DNA from: Thecamonas trahens ATCC 50062
Taxonomy: Eukaryota; Protista; Apusomonadida
Length of the DNA stretch: 64,000 bases
Reading direction: 5' to 3'
Assembly: GCF_000142905.1 (NCBI RefSeq)
Contig: NW_013657663.1
Span: forward strand, 124,001 to 188,000
Positions 22,137 to 34,616 of this stretch are shown here, one piece after another. Every line of letters starts with the position of its first letter. Positions within the stretch are counted from its first letter, which is position 1. The position numbers were made by a program, and so were the translations under genes. The notes under the pieces were generated by a model. That model ran no database searches, was not told the origin of the DNA, and was given only the letters and a program-made list of their open reading frames with translations.

Positions 22137-25100
22137 GTGTAGGAAGGGCAAGCGTGCAACAACGACGGTCCGTGTGGGAGACGTTGGTATGGCTGGCGGG
22201 TCCGGGCAGGAGACAGAGGCTGGTGACGGCAGCGGCGGCGGGATGGCGCCCAACTATCATGTGAGCCTCAACGATGCCGAGGCCAATGCCGGACGAGAGT
22301 ACCCGTCCAACTTTATCCGCACTGCCCTTTACACCATCATTACCTTTCTCCCGCTCAATCTCTTCACCCAGTTTCAGCGCTTCTCCAACATCTACTTTCT
22401 GCTCACCGCCATCGTCTCGCTCACACCGGTCTCGCCGCTCTCGCCCGTCACCACCATCTCGCCGCTGGTCTTTGTCCTCACCACCACCGCCATCAAGGAC
22501 GCATATGAAGACTACCAGCGTCACAAGGCTGATCGCGCCGCAAACGCTGCAGAGTATGAAGTTTATCGCAACGGCCACGAGGCCTGCGGCTCGGCCGCCA
22601 CCCCGAGGCTGACCACCCTGCAATCGGCCGATCTCGTGGTTGGCGACGTCCTCAAGATCCACAAGGGTCAGCTATTTCCCGCCGATCTAGTGGCGCTAGC
22701 TTCGTCAGAGGACCACGGCCTCGCCTACGTCGAGACCGCCAATCTCGACGGCGAGACCAACCTCAAGCGACGGTTCACTCCGCCGGCGTGCGCCGAGCTG
22801 CGGACGCTCGAGCACGTTGCCGCCGTCGCCGGCGAGATTGTGTGCGAGCCGCCAACCGTCAAGCTGTACAAGTTTGAGGGCACCGCGGCGTACGCCGACG
22901 GCTTGCGCGAGCCGCTCACCCACGCTAACCTCCTGCTCCGTGGCTCCAAGCTCCGCAACACCGAGTACGTGTTTGGCGTCGTCGTCTACGCCGGCGTCGA
23001 TACCAAGCTATTCAAGAACCTCAAGATGGTGCCGGCCAAGGTATCACGGGTCCAGCACCGACTCAACAAGGTCGTCCTCGGCATCTTCTTGCTCAACGTC
23101 GTCATGCTCCTCTCCGCCGGCCTCATGTCCGGCATCATGCAGTCGGAGCACACTGCGACAGCCGACTACTTTGGCTCCATTGCCCACGAGTCGGCTGCCG
23201 AAGTCGGTGCCCTCCACTGCATCTCATACTTTGTCCTCTTCACCTACCTCATTCCCATCTCGCTCTTTGTCTCGGTCGAGATTGTGCGCGTCGGCCAGCA
23301 GCTGTTCATGAACTGGGACGCCGACATGGCCGCCGACCCGGACAACGTCGCCGAAACCGGCATGCTCTGCCGCAACTCGAACATGAACGAAGAACTCGGT
23401 GAAATCGACCACATCTTTGCCGACAAGACCGGTACCCTCACCTGCAACGTCATGGAGCTCGCCCAGTGGTCGGTCGCCGGCACGCTGTACGACCAGCGCG
23501 ACGACCCGGCTTGCCTCGCCGGCGCTATGATTGGCGCTGCCCCGCCCGGCTATGCCGCCGCGAGCGCCGCGCGCAAGAATGGTTCCGGCAAGGCCGAGCA
23601 TGGCAAGGTCGCCAAAGTGCCACAGGCTGCCGCCAGCCAGCACAAGGCCGCCGGCCCGCCGTCAGCAGACATCTCGCTCTCCAGGTTCGAGGCGCCGAGC
23701 TCCTCTTCAAGCGAGACCACGAGCTCGAGCGGTGAGACAGTCGAGAGCGAGCAGCAGAGCGAGGTCGGCGAGTCGCCACATCCGCGCGACGTGGTGCAGT
23801 ACCTGCGCGCGATTGCGCTCTGCCACACGGTGGTCCCGGAGCTTCTCGACGACGGAACCCGCAACTACGAGGCCGAGTCGCCGGACGAGGCTGCGCTGGT
23901 TGATGCCGCCGCCGCCAACGGCGTTGTCCTCCTCTCAACGGCCGGCAACGGTATCACCATCTCGGTCTGCGGTGTCGAGGAGAACTACCAGGTCGCCGCT
24001 GTCCTTGAGTTTACCTCAGACCGCAAGCGGATGTCGGTCATTGTGCAGGATGCCGCCGGCGAGTACATGCTGTACATCAAGGGCGCCGACAATCTCATTA
24101 TGGACCGCCTTCGCCCCGACGAGCCGCTGCTTGCGCCGACGCAGAGCCATCTTGAGGCCGCAGCACGCGAGGGTCTGCGGACGCTGCTGGTGGCCCAGCG
24201 GACGCTCGACCGCGCTGAGACGGAGGCCTGGCTTGCGGCCTACCGCGAGGCGCAGACGCTCGCGGTCGGTCGTGCCGAGGCTGTTGCCGCCGCCTGCGAG
24301 GCCATCGAGGTCGAGCTCGAGCTCCTCGGCGCCACCGCGGTCGAGGACAAGCTGCAAGTGGCCGTGCCCGAGACGCTCGAGTTTCTCCTCCGTGCTGGCG
24401 TCTACGTCTGGGTCCTCACTGGCGACAAGCGCGAGACGGCTGAAAACATCGGATACTCGTCGCGGCTCCTCGCGCCCGAGGTCGACCTCATCCGGCTTCT
24501 GGCAGACACACCGGCCGAGCTTGAGGAGCTCATCGCCTTCCATGAGGCGCGGATCGGCGACGACGCTGCCGCTTCCGACCATGCGCTCATCACTGATGGC
24601 CACACGCTTGCGCTTGTCCTCGAGTCTGCCGGCCCGCGCTTCCTTGACCTGGCGCAGCGGTGCGGCGCCGTCATCTGCTGCCGCGTCACGCCACTGCAAA
24701 AGGCGCAGGTCGTTGCGCTTGTCAAGGACAACCTCGGGCGCAACACGCTTGCCATCGGCGACGGCGCCAATGATGTGTCGATGATCCAGACTGCGCACGT
24801 CGGCGTGGGCGTGGTCGGCAAGGAGGGCAACCAGGCGGTCCGGGCCTCGGACTTTGCCATCCACCAGTTCCGCTTCCTCGCGCCGCTGCTGGTTGTCCAC
24901 GGCAAGCGGTCACTCATCCGGCTTGCCCTCCTCATCCAGTACTCGTTCTACAAAAATGTGGCCTTTATCTTTCCGCAGTGGCTCTTTGGCTTCTACTCGC
25001 TCTGGTCGGCCCAGATTGTGTACGACGAGATCATCCTCACCTTTTTCAACATGGCCTTTGCCGCTCTCCCGCCGCTCTACTTTGGTCTCTGGGAGCGGCG

Positions 25101-25685
25101 CGTGCCTAAGACGCTCCTCCTCGCCCACCCGCAGCTGTACAAGGCGCAACGCGACTTGTTCAACCTCCGCTCGGTCTTCACCTGGCTCGGTGCAGGCCTC
25201 TACCATGGCATCGTCGCCTACTTTACCGTCTTTCACGCCACCGTCGGCGACGGCGCCGTCTATGCCAACGGACAGGTCGGCGGCATCTGGGTCCAGGGCT
25301 ACTTTCTCTCCACCATCCTCATCGTCGTCGTCCTCCTCAAGGCCGCCCTCCACACCTCGCACTGGACCTCGCTGCCTTTGTCTCGCTCCTCGGCTCGGCT
25401 GCCAGCTACCTCGTCATCTCGGCTCTCTACCTCGAGATTTCGTATGGTACCTTCAACGAGAGCGTCCTCGGCACCATGTCAGCCACCCTGGCCTCGCCCT
25501 CATTTTGGTGGGCCTTGCCCATCGTCACCACCCTCTGTCTCCTGCCCGACTTTCTCGTCCGCTACGCCGCGCACACCTTTGCGCCCGAGCCGTGGGTCAT
25601 TGTCCGCGAGCAGGCCCGCCTCGCCGGCATCTCCGAGAAGACCACCACTGGCCGGCGGCTAGAGCCGCATTCGCGGCATACGTGA
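22137..25685 (+). CDS. P4-type ATPase phospholipid flippase (DRS2/ATP8-like); frameshift at ~25368; probable upstream mini-exon
   Basis: Motifs LDGETNLK, PISL, DKTGTLT, ESPDE, LTGDK and GDGANDV. The last TM helices (LAAFVSLLGS...FWWAL...LLPD) continue in another frame to the stop at 25685. Confidence 0.93.
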
Positions 25686-25784
25686 TCTTTCGCCATCCTC
25701 CCAGCCGGCTCGGCTCCTCGTCGACCGGCGGCCGTCGCGCGCACCGCTCTGCCGACCACAGCCACTCAACTCTGCCACTCCACC

Positions 25785-26363
25785 ATGGGCAAGAACCTCG
25801 GCACCGACCTGCGCAAGTACGTGAACATATACCGTGTGGAAAGCCACCGGAGAGATACTGGGGGAGAGTGAGAGAGTATAGGCACCATGGTTGTGCAAGG
25901 AGGTGGGGCACCACGCCCATTCCCTCGGCCACCAGCTGCCGTCCTTCCCCCCCCCCCTCCCCCTGTTCCAGCGACCCCTTCCCTTCCACCCCCACCCCCA
26001 CCCCCACCCCCACCCCCAACTCACACTACCCTCCCTCCCTTCCCTGTCTACAGGTTCATGGACAAGCGCCTCCGCCGTACGCCTCCCTTTCCCTACCCCC
26101 TACCCCCTCCCCTTCCCCTCTCGTCCCCTCTGCAGCCAAGATGACCCACCCACCCACCCACCCACAACTCCCACACCACTCACATCCTGGACACAGTCAC
26201 CCTCAACAAGGGCCGCAAGATCGAAGGCATCCTCCGTGGTTTTGATGTCTACATGAACATCGTCGTCGATGAAACCGTGGCGGTCATGGATGGCGCACCC
26301 ATGGGCATGGTCGTCATCAGGGGCAACGCCGTCGAGATGATGGAAGCTCTTGAGCGCGCTTAG
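25785..26363 (+). CDS. SNRPG: Small nuclear ribonucleoprotein G, 73 aa; exons 25785-25816, 26054-26076 and 26197-26363
   Basis: Spliced product MGKNLGTDLRKFMDKRLRLTLNKGRKIEGILRGFDVYMNIVVDE...GMVVIRGNAVEMMEALERA has Sm1 and Sm2 motifs. Donors are GTACGT and GTACGC; acceptors are CAG. Confidence 0.93.
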
Positions 26364-26828
26364 CAGTCGTGCCCCCTTTGGCAGCACAACGCGATTGCGC
26401 CTTGCGCGGCGTGTGCAACATCCTGTCTGCATCGTGTCTGGTGGTCCGGCGCGGTTGCTGCGCCTTGCCCGCGCTCGGCGTCTCGCTCCGTCGACAGCAG
26501 CCACTGCAGCGGCTGTACCAGCCTTTGTCGCGCCGGCTTCTCTCCTTCAGCTTGGAAGCGCTAGCGTTTTGAGCCTGCTTGTACTCGTGCTCGCCATGCG
26601 CCGCCTCATCGCAGTCGGCGCCCTCGTCGTGCTCCCACCCCAGTCGCGCCATTGCCACAGTGCACGCGGCGAACTCTCTCAATCAACCACTGACCCACTG
26701 ACCGCCATAACAACTACCAGCTCTCGTCCATCCCACCCTGTCCGCGAGTGCTCGCCCAAGTGTAACATCGGCCGACGCAGCGCTGCGGCAGGACGTCACA
26801 CCTGGCACGCCTCGACCGAACAACCGCA

Positions 26829-26830
<2 letters not shown>

Positions 26831-26865
<35 letters not shown>
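26831..26865 (+). repeat. (CA)n microsatellite
   Basis: About 17 CA units just upstream of the 26900 gene. Confidence 0.9.
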
Positions 26866-26868
<3 letters not shown>

Positions 26869-26899
26869 GCACATACACAGACCTCACTCTGTAGCCAAG

Positions 26900-27505
26900 A
26901 TGTCGCTTCACTGCTCTGTCCTTGTCACCATCGCTCTCTGTGCTCTCTTTGCCTGCCTGAATCCGACTGTCGGTCGGCCTGTACCTCGCCCCGACACGGT
27001 CCGTGCTGTCCGTGCCAACGCTGCCGATGTCGGCCTCGGCAACTCGACCCAGTGGCAGCGGTGCGCCATGACCATGCCGATTTTTTCTCCGCCCAACGGC
27101 GTGCCGGCGTGCGTCGGGCTCTACGCCAACGCTTCGACTGCCGCCATCGAGGTCCAAGTTGAGTTCAACGGCGCGTTCTTGGCCCTGGGATCTATCGCAC
27201 CCAAGTCGGCACTGCCCGCACGGGTCTGCGCCCCGCAGATGGCCATGGCGGGCATTCTCTCCAACCTCTCGCCCGTCATGGCCGAGACCATCTCGTTGCT
27301 CGAGAGCATGAACAACGGCCAGCTGCCGCCAGGCACCATCGTCCTCTGCGCCGTCATCAACTCGGCCACATGGTCTTCTTCGGGCATCAACGGCGACGCC
27401 TCACTCGACGCCCGCTTTGTCTGCATGACCCCCTCCCGTTGCGCTTTTACCGCCGATCCGGACTTTGGCACCTTTTCCTCCCGTTTGCCTAGCTGCTTCC
27501 GATGA
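26900..27505 (+). CDS. Small secreted Cys-containing beta-rich protein, DUF4773-like
   Basis: Has a signal peptide. The pattern ACVGLYAN..AIEVQVEFNG..L...I..K..PARVC and C-terminal LC...LDARF...DFGTF resemble DUF4773 as I recall it. Confidence 0.55.
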   Translation: MSLHCSVLVTIALCALFACLNPTVGRPVPRPDTVRAVRANAADVGLGNSTQWQRCAMTMPIFSPPNGVPACVGLYANASTAAIEVQVEFNGAFLALGSIAPKSALPARVCAPQMAMAGILSNLSPVMAETISLLESMNNGQLPPGTIVLCAVINSATWSSSGINGDASLDARFVCMTPSRCAFTADPDFGTFSSRLPSCFR

Positions 27506-27809
27506 AGTCTGACCACGACGTAAAGTAGCCACGGCACGGCCTTGGCCTGGCCACAGTCCAACTACACTCACTCACTAACTGACCGCTGACCGCAACTCGC
27601 TAACTAACATCCTGATTGTGCTACTCGTGTGCCTGGACAGCCCCCCCATCATCTCCAGCCATCATGGGACGACAGAAGCAGTGATGACCCCCCAAAAAAA
27701 GGCATCCGTGCACGCTCACGCACGTCCCCCCCCCCCCCCCGGAACCGGCAGCCAGCACCCCGTATGACCCCACGCCGCTCGCATTCCTCTCGCCCACACG
27801 CAACACCAC

Positions 27810-30800
27810 ATGCCTGGTCTGGAAATGGCAATAGCAACGGTGCTGGTGTTGGGGCTGGGGCTGGGGCTGGGGCTGGGGCTGGGGCTGGGCTCAGTGGATG
27901 CCGCGGGAGTGGAGATGGTGCCAGACATTGGCCCGTGTGTAGCCGAGGCCGAGCCCGCCCGACACGCCGTGGTGGCGCTCGAGCTCCAGCCAAAGAAGGT
28001 AGTGGTGGGTGACGTCGATGCCGACGGTGTGTCAGACGTGGTAGTCGCCTCGGACTGGGTTGGCCTCGTTGTGTGGTACAAGGGCCTCCCTGCCGGTGGT
28101 CTGGAGCGCTCGCAGGTCCTCACCGCTGAGGCACCGAGCGTCCTCTGCCTTGCTCTTGGCGACGTGGATGGCAACGGACGCAACGATGTTGTGGCAGGGC
28201 TTGGAGGTGACACTGACGCCGTGGTCTGGTACCGGAATCTCGAGCCAGCCGGCCTGTTCTCCTCACCCATCATTGTCTCGCGACTGGCCAACAACGTTGG
28301 CAGCGTCGCAGTCGTTGATCTGGACAGCGATGGGAGGGCCGACATCGTGATGGCTGGCTTCTCGTCACCGCTCCTGTTCTGGGTGGCAGGCGTCGACGGG
28401 GCGGGCAGCTTCTCGGCTGAGCGCATCATTTCGACAGCTGACGGCTCCATGAAAGCCATGGCCGTCGTCGACGTGACCAGCGATGGCTTGCCGGACATTC
28501 TCGTGGTGTCGTCCGAGAGCAACGCTCTGATTCTGCACGCGAGCTCCGCGAGCGGCTCGTTCACCCGCTCAGTCATCCGAGTTCAGCCCGGATTACTCGC
28601 TCTTACGGTGGCGGATCTCGCAGGAACAGCGGCACTCGACATTGCTGTTGTGAGCAACGATGGCGTCCAGCCCGTCGGGTACTTGGTCGGCGACGGAACT
28701 GGTGGCTTTGTCTACAATTCGATCCCTCTCGGCTCATTGAGCCAGCCATCGTGCATTCTGGCGGCCGACGTGACTGCCTCATCGGGATTAGAGCTTGTGG
28801 TTGGGAGCAGGGACCCGAACGCCGACACCATCTATGTCTACGAGGGTGCCGGGTATACTTCTGTGGTGCTCATCAGCGTAGCTAGTGGTGATCGCACGGT
28901 CGACGCTGCAGTACTGGACGTCAACAACGACGGAGCCCTCGACATTGTTACGGTCGACTTGTTCTCGTCCAATGTATTCTGGTTTTCGGGCGGAGGAGGG
29001 TGGGCACAAGACACGATCACCACCGACCGCGCGGGTCTGGCCGCTGTGGCAGTCGGCGACTTTGATGCTGACGGCGATCTCGACGTCGTCATGGCATCGA
29101 CGCACACTGACGAGATCGAAGTTGCTCTGAACATCGACGGCCAAGGACGGTTCGGCCTGGCTGCTGTTGTGGACACCTCGCTCGCGTTTGCCGACACCCT
29201 TGTCACGATCGACTTGGACGCTGATGGGCACCTCGACATCGTGGTCACTTCTGGCGCAGGCTCTCGGGTCGCATGGCTGCGCAACCTGGCTGGCTCGGGT
29301 GCGTTCAGTGCCGCAGTCGACATCACAACTGCGTACCCCGTCCCGGCTGGCGTCGCCGCCATCAACACCACAGGCAGCGCTCTGCCGAACTTGGTCCTCG
29401 CCAGCAGCGGCATTGCGGGGCGGGTGAGCCTGCTGGTGCAGACCACCTCTGGAGGCGGTATCTTGGACACTGCTGTTGACATTGATAGCCTCCCGCATGC
29501 AGTTGAGGTGGCTGTTGGTGACGTCGATGGTAGTGGCACCGACGACGTGGTAGCAGTGACAGCTAATGCCGACCAGTCGCTCGTGGTGTGGTATGCAGGC
29601 CTCGGCGGCAACAGCTTTGGCGAGCGGCAAGTCATTGGCTCGGGCCTGGACGAGATCAGCGCTGTGGCGGCAGAAGACGGCGATGGCGACGGCGACGTCG
29701 ACGTGTTCGTGGCGTGCAAGGGCGATGGAACAGTCCGCATGTTCGCCAACACCGACGGTGCCGGGGGTTCTTTGCTCCTGGCCGCATCCTCGCCACAGAG
29801 ATGAACGCCGCGAGTGGTCTCGCTGTCGCGGACACTGATGGTGATGGCTTTGTCGACCTGGTTGTGGCGGCGGCCGGGCGTAATGGCGTGTTCCGCCTCG
29901 CTGGGCTGGGAACCGGTGCGTTTGGTCCGGTCAACACGGTGACATCGTCGATGAACCTGGTTGCTGCCGTCGCTCTGGCAGATGTCAGCGGTGATGGCTA
30001 CCTGGACACGGTTGCTGTTTCTGGCAACCTCGAGCAGGTGGTTTGGTTTGATGGCTCGAGCTCCGCGCTCGAGTCCAAGGCAGCGCTGACGCTCTTTGCG
30101 AACGCAGCCGCAGTGTTCGACTCACCCACACTGATCGAGCCTGCCATGCTTGCGGTCGACGACATCGACAGTGACGGATACTCGGATGTGGCGGTGGTGT
30201 TTGTTTCGGGTGACTATGTGTCGTGGTTTCCCAACGACGGTCGCGGTGGATTCGGCTCGCAGCAGTTTGTGTCGCAGTCGAGCGTCAACCCGTCTGTGGT
30301 GGTCCTAGGTGACGTCGATGCCGATGGTGACATTGATGCCCTCATCGGGTCGCAAGAGTCGGGATACCTCCGATGGCACGCCAACCTCGACGGGCGGGGC
30401 GCGTTTGGCCCGGGTGTACTGCTGGCGTCGGGTTCGATGCGGCATGCGGTCTCGCACGACTTTGATGGCGACGGCTTTCTCGACGTCATGTTTGTGACGC
30501 ACCAAGAGCTGTCTTGGGTCCGCAGTGTGGCTGGCGTCTTTGGCACTCCGCAGACTGTGGTGAGCATGCCCGCCCTTGCCTTCGGCGAAGAGGCATGGAT
30601 CGCGCTTGCCGATGTCGATGGTGATGGTGCTGCAGACGCTGTGCTCGGGAGGGAAGGCGCGGTGATGGTTTATGTGAACGGCGGCAATGGCAGCTTTGCA
30701 GCTGTTCAGCTTGTGACGGCCATGTCGAACGCGACGCTCGGGCTGTCGCAGGTTTGTGCGGCCGACTTTGACCACGACGGTTTTGTCGACGTAATCACGA

Positions 30801-33800
30801 CTGTGAGAGACTTGCACGGCGTATACTGGTTGGCCGGGCTGGGTGGGGGCCTGTATGCTCCGCCGGTGCGATTGGACGGGCAGCTCGATAGCGCACGCGC
30901 ACTGGCGTGCGGTGATGTCGATGCCGACGGGTGGCCAGACATTGTAGCCGCGGGCTCGTCGCGAGTGGTAGCGTTTCTCAACGAGTTTGGCCTCGGTGGC
31001 AGCTTTTCGTCGCAGATTCTCATCCGGATGGGCCTGAGCAACTTTTGGAGTGCAGTCCTCGACGACTTTGACGCCGACGGCGACATCGATGTGGTCTACT
31101 CGTCAAGGCAGACGCATCTTATCGAATGGCAGCAACAGCTGTCGCGAAATGCCGCGGCGCCGTACTCTGCCGTAGAGGTTGTGATCGACAGCTCGCTCCG
31201 CGAGTGTGGCGGCGTGGGTGAATCGTTTGCTTGCTTGTGGGCCAACGCGCGGCGACTCCCGCGATGTGCGCGATCGCAGCTAGTGCTGAACGCAACCAGC
31301 TATGGATGCCGATTTGACGCGCACGCGCAGGTCTCGTTCAAGATGGGCGTTCGAGGGCCGACGAGCGGGCCACGAGCGAAACTTGGTTGCGATGGTGGGG
31401 TTCTCTTTGACGTTGCTCCTCGAGCTGATGAAGTCGGTGAAGTGACGCTGGAGGCGCTGGACATCGACGGCCTCGGTGTGGCGCGAGCATCTGCCTTTGG
31501 CGCGCCTGGGCTCCGAGTCGGCGGCAGCCTCGCGCTGCTCGAGCTGATCAATGTGAACGTGACCCGCGCCCGCTCGCTAGACGCACCGATGGGAGTGGCA
31601 ACGTTTGGTCTCGGAGACGGCGGAGCGTTGTCGGTCGCCAGTGGCGGCCAGGCTGTTGTTCGCGACTCGGCCTTTGTTGACTGCCGGGCAGCCCAAGTTG
31701 GCGGTGCAATTTCGGCAAGTGGGATTGGGGCAACGCTACGCCTCCTCGACTCGTTGTTTGATTCGTGCTCTGCCGGCTCTGGAGGTGCGGTCTCTGTGGG
31801 ATCGGGTGCGGCTGTGGCGGTGGTGGACACTCGCGTGGCCGGCTGCGAAGCGGGCGAGGGTAACGGTGGTGGCTTTGTGGTTGCAACCGGAGCAAGCTTC
31901 GGTGGTAGCGGTCTGCTGCTGCGAGAAAATGTGGCAAGTCTAGGTGCGGGTGGCAGACTTGCGGCGCGCCCGGGTAGCAATGTGACTCTCTCCACATCGT
32001 GGGTGGTCGGCAATCGAGCTCGGGTTGGAGGCGGGCTTGCAGTTGTTGGCACTGCCGCCGACACCGGCTCTTCAGTGTTCAGCGTGGTCGACTATCCGGC
32101 ACTTGAGCGAGGCGCAGGCGAGAGTCCGAGCTTGGACCTCATCGACGCCAGGCTGGTCGACAATATGGCGCAGCTGTATGGCGGCGGGCTCGTGGCGTGT
32201 GGTGGGGTGGCAAGGATGAGCGGCGGTGGAAGTGATGTTCGCGGCAACCAGGCTGGTCGCGGTGGCGCGCTGGGCTCTTCGCGGCATGGGTTCTGGTGCG
32301 GGCGAACAAGCTGGATCGATGTTGGCGAAGAGGTGGCTGACGGGCGCGAAGGAGTCAACGGCCCGGTTGTGGAACTCGGTTTCGCCGATGCTCTCCCTCT
32401 CAGTGTTATCTCGGGCAGCGCGATCCGTTTTGTGGTTTTTGCCGTCGACAGCAGCGGGGCAAACGTGACATACTCGGGCACCGAGGTTGTACAACAGTAC
32501 TCGGAGATGGGAAGCAGCGGCAGACTGTTTGTGGGCGACGCGGCGTCGGCCACGCTTCAGGTGCATCCGGTCGAGCTCCCGCCGGCGTCGCTGACGGTGA
32601 CGACAGCGGCTGAAAGCGCACCGCCACAGGTCAGATGGGCCTTGGCCGTAGTCAAGACGGCGGTAGGGCGCGGCGTCGACGTAGTCCCCCCCGAGGCGTC
32701 GTGGCCATGGCCGGGTGTCCGCCAGGCTGGGGGTCTGCACGGTCGTCGGCGATCGGCACTTCGGTATGTGTAGAGTGCCCGGCTGGCAAGTTCTCGGAAG
32801 AGACTTCATTTGAGCCTTGCAGCGATGTGGTCGAATGCGCGGTCAACTCTGTGGATGATAGAGCTGTCGGAGCACTCACGCCGTACTGCGTGTGTGAGAG
32901 TGGGTTCTATGCCGTGGAGCGTGACCAGGGCGATGCTCAACGTGCGGCGTATCTCGTCAACTGTGCGCCTTGTCCGTTCGGCGGGACATGTGCCAAGGGT
33001 CGCGAGCTGCCAGTGGCAGCGCCGGGCTTCTTTCCGTCGGCTGCCAACAGCACGGAGTTTGTGCGATGTCGGCGTGTGGGCGCGTGTCCTGGTGAGGGGC
33101 GATGCGCGCCCGGATATTCCGGCTACATGTGCAACAAGTGCGTCGACGGATACTTTTCCGACTCCTCGCTTGCCTGCCGCAAATGTCCCAGCGCAGCGAG
33201 AGGGATTAGCGCGGTGGTGCTGTTTATTGCTGTGGGCGTGGCGAGCGCCGCAGGTCTGGGGGTGGCGAGCAACATCAAGCGGCTGATTGCGATGGCCAAG
33301 GATGGCGAAGGCGGAGGTGCCGGCGGCCATGCCATGCTGTTGCTGCGGCGGCGGCTTTTTCCGCCGTCTCTGTCGATGATTCTTGTTGCGTTGCAGGTGC
33401 TCGCGCTTCTCGGCGAGGCGCAGCTGTCGTGGTCGTCGGACTCACGGGCTATGCTCTCGTGGATGTCGGTCTTCAACGTGGATGTCAACGTGTTTGCGTC
33501 GGGATGCGTGGTCTCGAGTTTCCACGTCAAGTACATCGCGTCGGTGGCGATGCCGCTCGTAGCGCTGGTTGTGGCAGTCGGAGCGGCGGTGGTCGGCAAA
33601 ATGGTAGTGTGGCGGACTCTGTTGGCGCCTGTGTCTGTGGTGGGCATGGTGGACGGCGTGGTGTTTTCACTGGCGCCGCTGCTGTATATTCCCATGGCGC
33701 GAGCCTCGTTTGTGCTGTTTGACTGCGTCCGGCTGCCGAATGGGGTGTGGATCATCGACTCTGATCCTGGGGTTGCCTGCTTTGACGCCGGGTGGTGGGG

Positions 33801-34506
33801 CGTGGCGCCTGTCGGGATGGCATGTGTGGCGGTGTACGTGGTCGGCCTACCGGCGTACTTTTTCGTGGCGCTGCGGCTCTCGCGCAACGCGCTACTCTCG
33901 CCGCAGACGCTGACGCGATATGGTGCGCTGTACCGGCTCTATCGTTTGCCTTTCTACTGGGGTGCCGTGGCCGAGCTCGGCAAGCGGCTCGCGATTGTGA
34001 CCGCCGGTGTGTTTCTCTCCGAGTTCCAGCTGTCGCAGATCGCACTGCTACTGGCAGTACTGATGGCTGCGGCAATTGCTGTTCGAGCGCACGAGCCGTA
34101 CTACTTTCCACTGTACAACACGCTCGACTTTCGACTGACGGCCGTGCTTGTGGGCGTGGTCGTTCTGGGCTCGGGCTCGTACGCCGAGCGGCACCAGGGC
34201 GAGTCGCGCGCTCTGTTTGTGCTTCTTGTCGTGGCGCTGGTGGCGCTTGTCTGTGTCGCAGTCGTCGGACTCGTAGGCGATATCAAGCAGATTGCATCTG
34301 CGCGCCGCGGGCACGGTGGATATTCTGCGGCAGCCGAGCGAGAGGCGCAGGTCTTAGCGTATCTTGCGCGGCAGCTCCCAGACCTGAGCGGTAATCTACA
34401 GAATTCCCTAGCTGGCGTCTGTGGTGAGGACGAGGACTCGTGGCGGGTTACCCTTGCTGGTGATGACGATGAGGGGGTTGCGATGGATGAATTGTCGATG
34501 CTGTAG
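27810..34506 (+). CDS. ~2230-aa receptor-like protein: signal peptide, 21 FG-GAP/VCBS repeats, beta-helix, Ig-like segment, Cys-rich repeats, multipass TM domain; two frameshifts (~29765, ~32690)
   Basis: Three overlapping ORFs join by adding 1 nt at G5 and at C7. DxDxDG loops, GGAI/GGAL/GGGL repeats, CP.G.FS and C.C..GFY repeats, and hydrophobic helices with YGALY..YR...YW and PYY...N are all present. Confidence 0.8.
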
Positions 34507-34616
34507 TGCAGGCTCTCCCCGCAACCGAACCAGTCGCTCCGCGGATGCCGTGTAAATGAGGGCGTGCACCGGGGAGTCACACCTGCGGTTGGTTTTCGTC
34601 ACACTTGGCTGCACGC

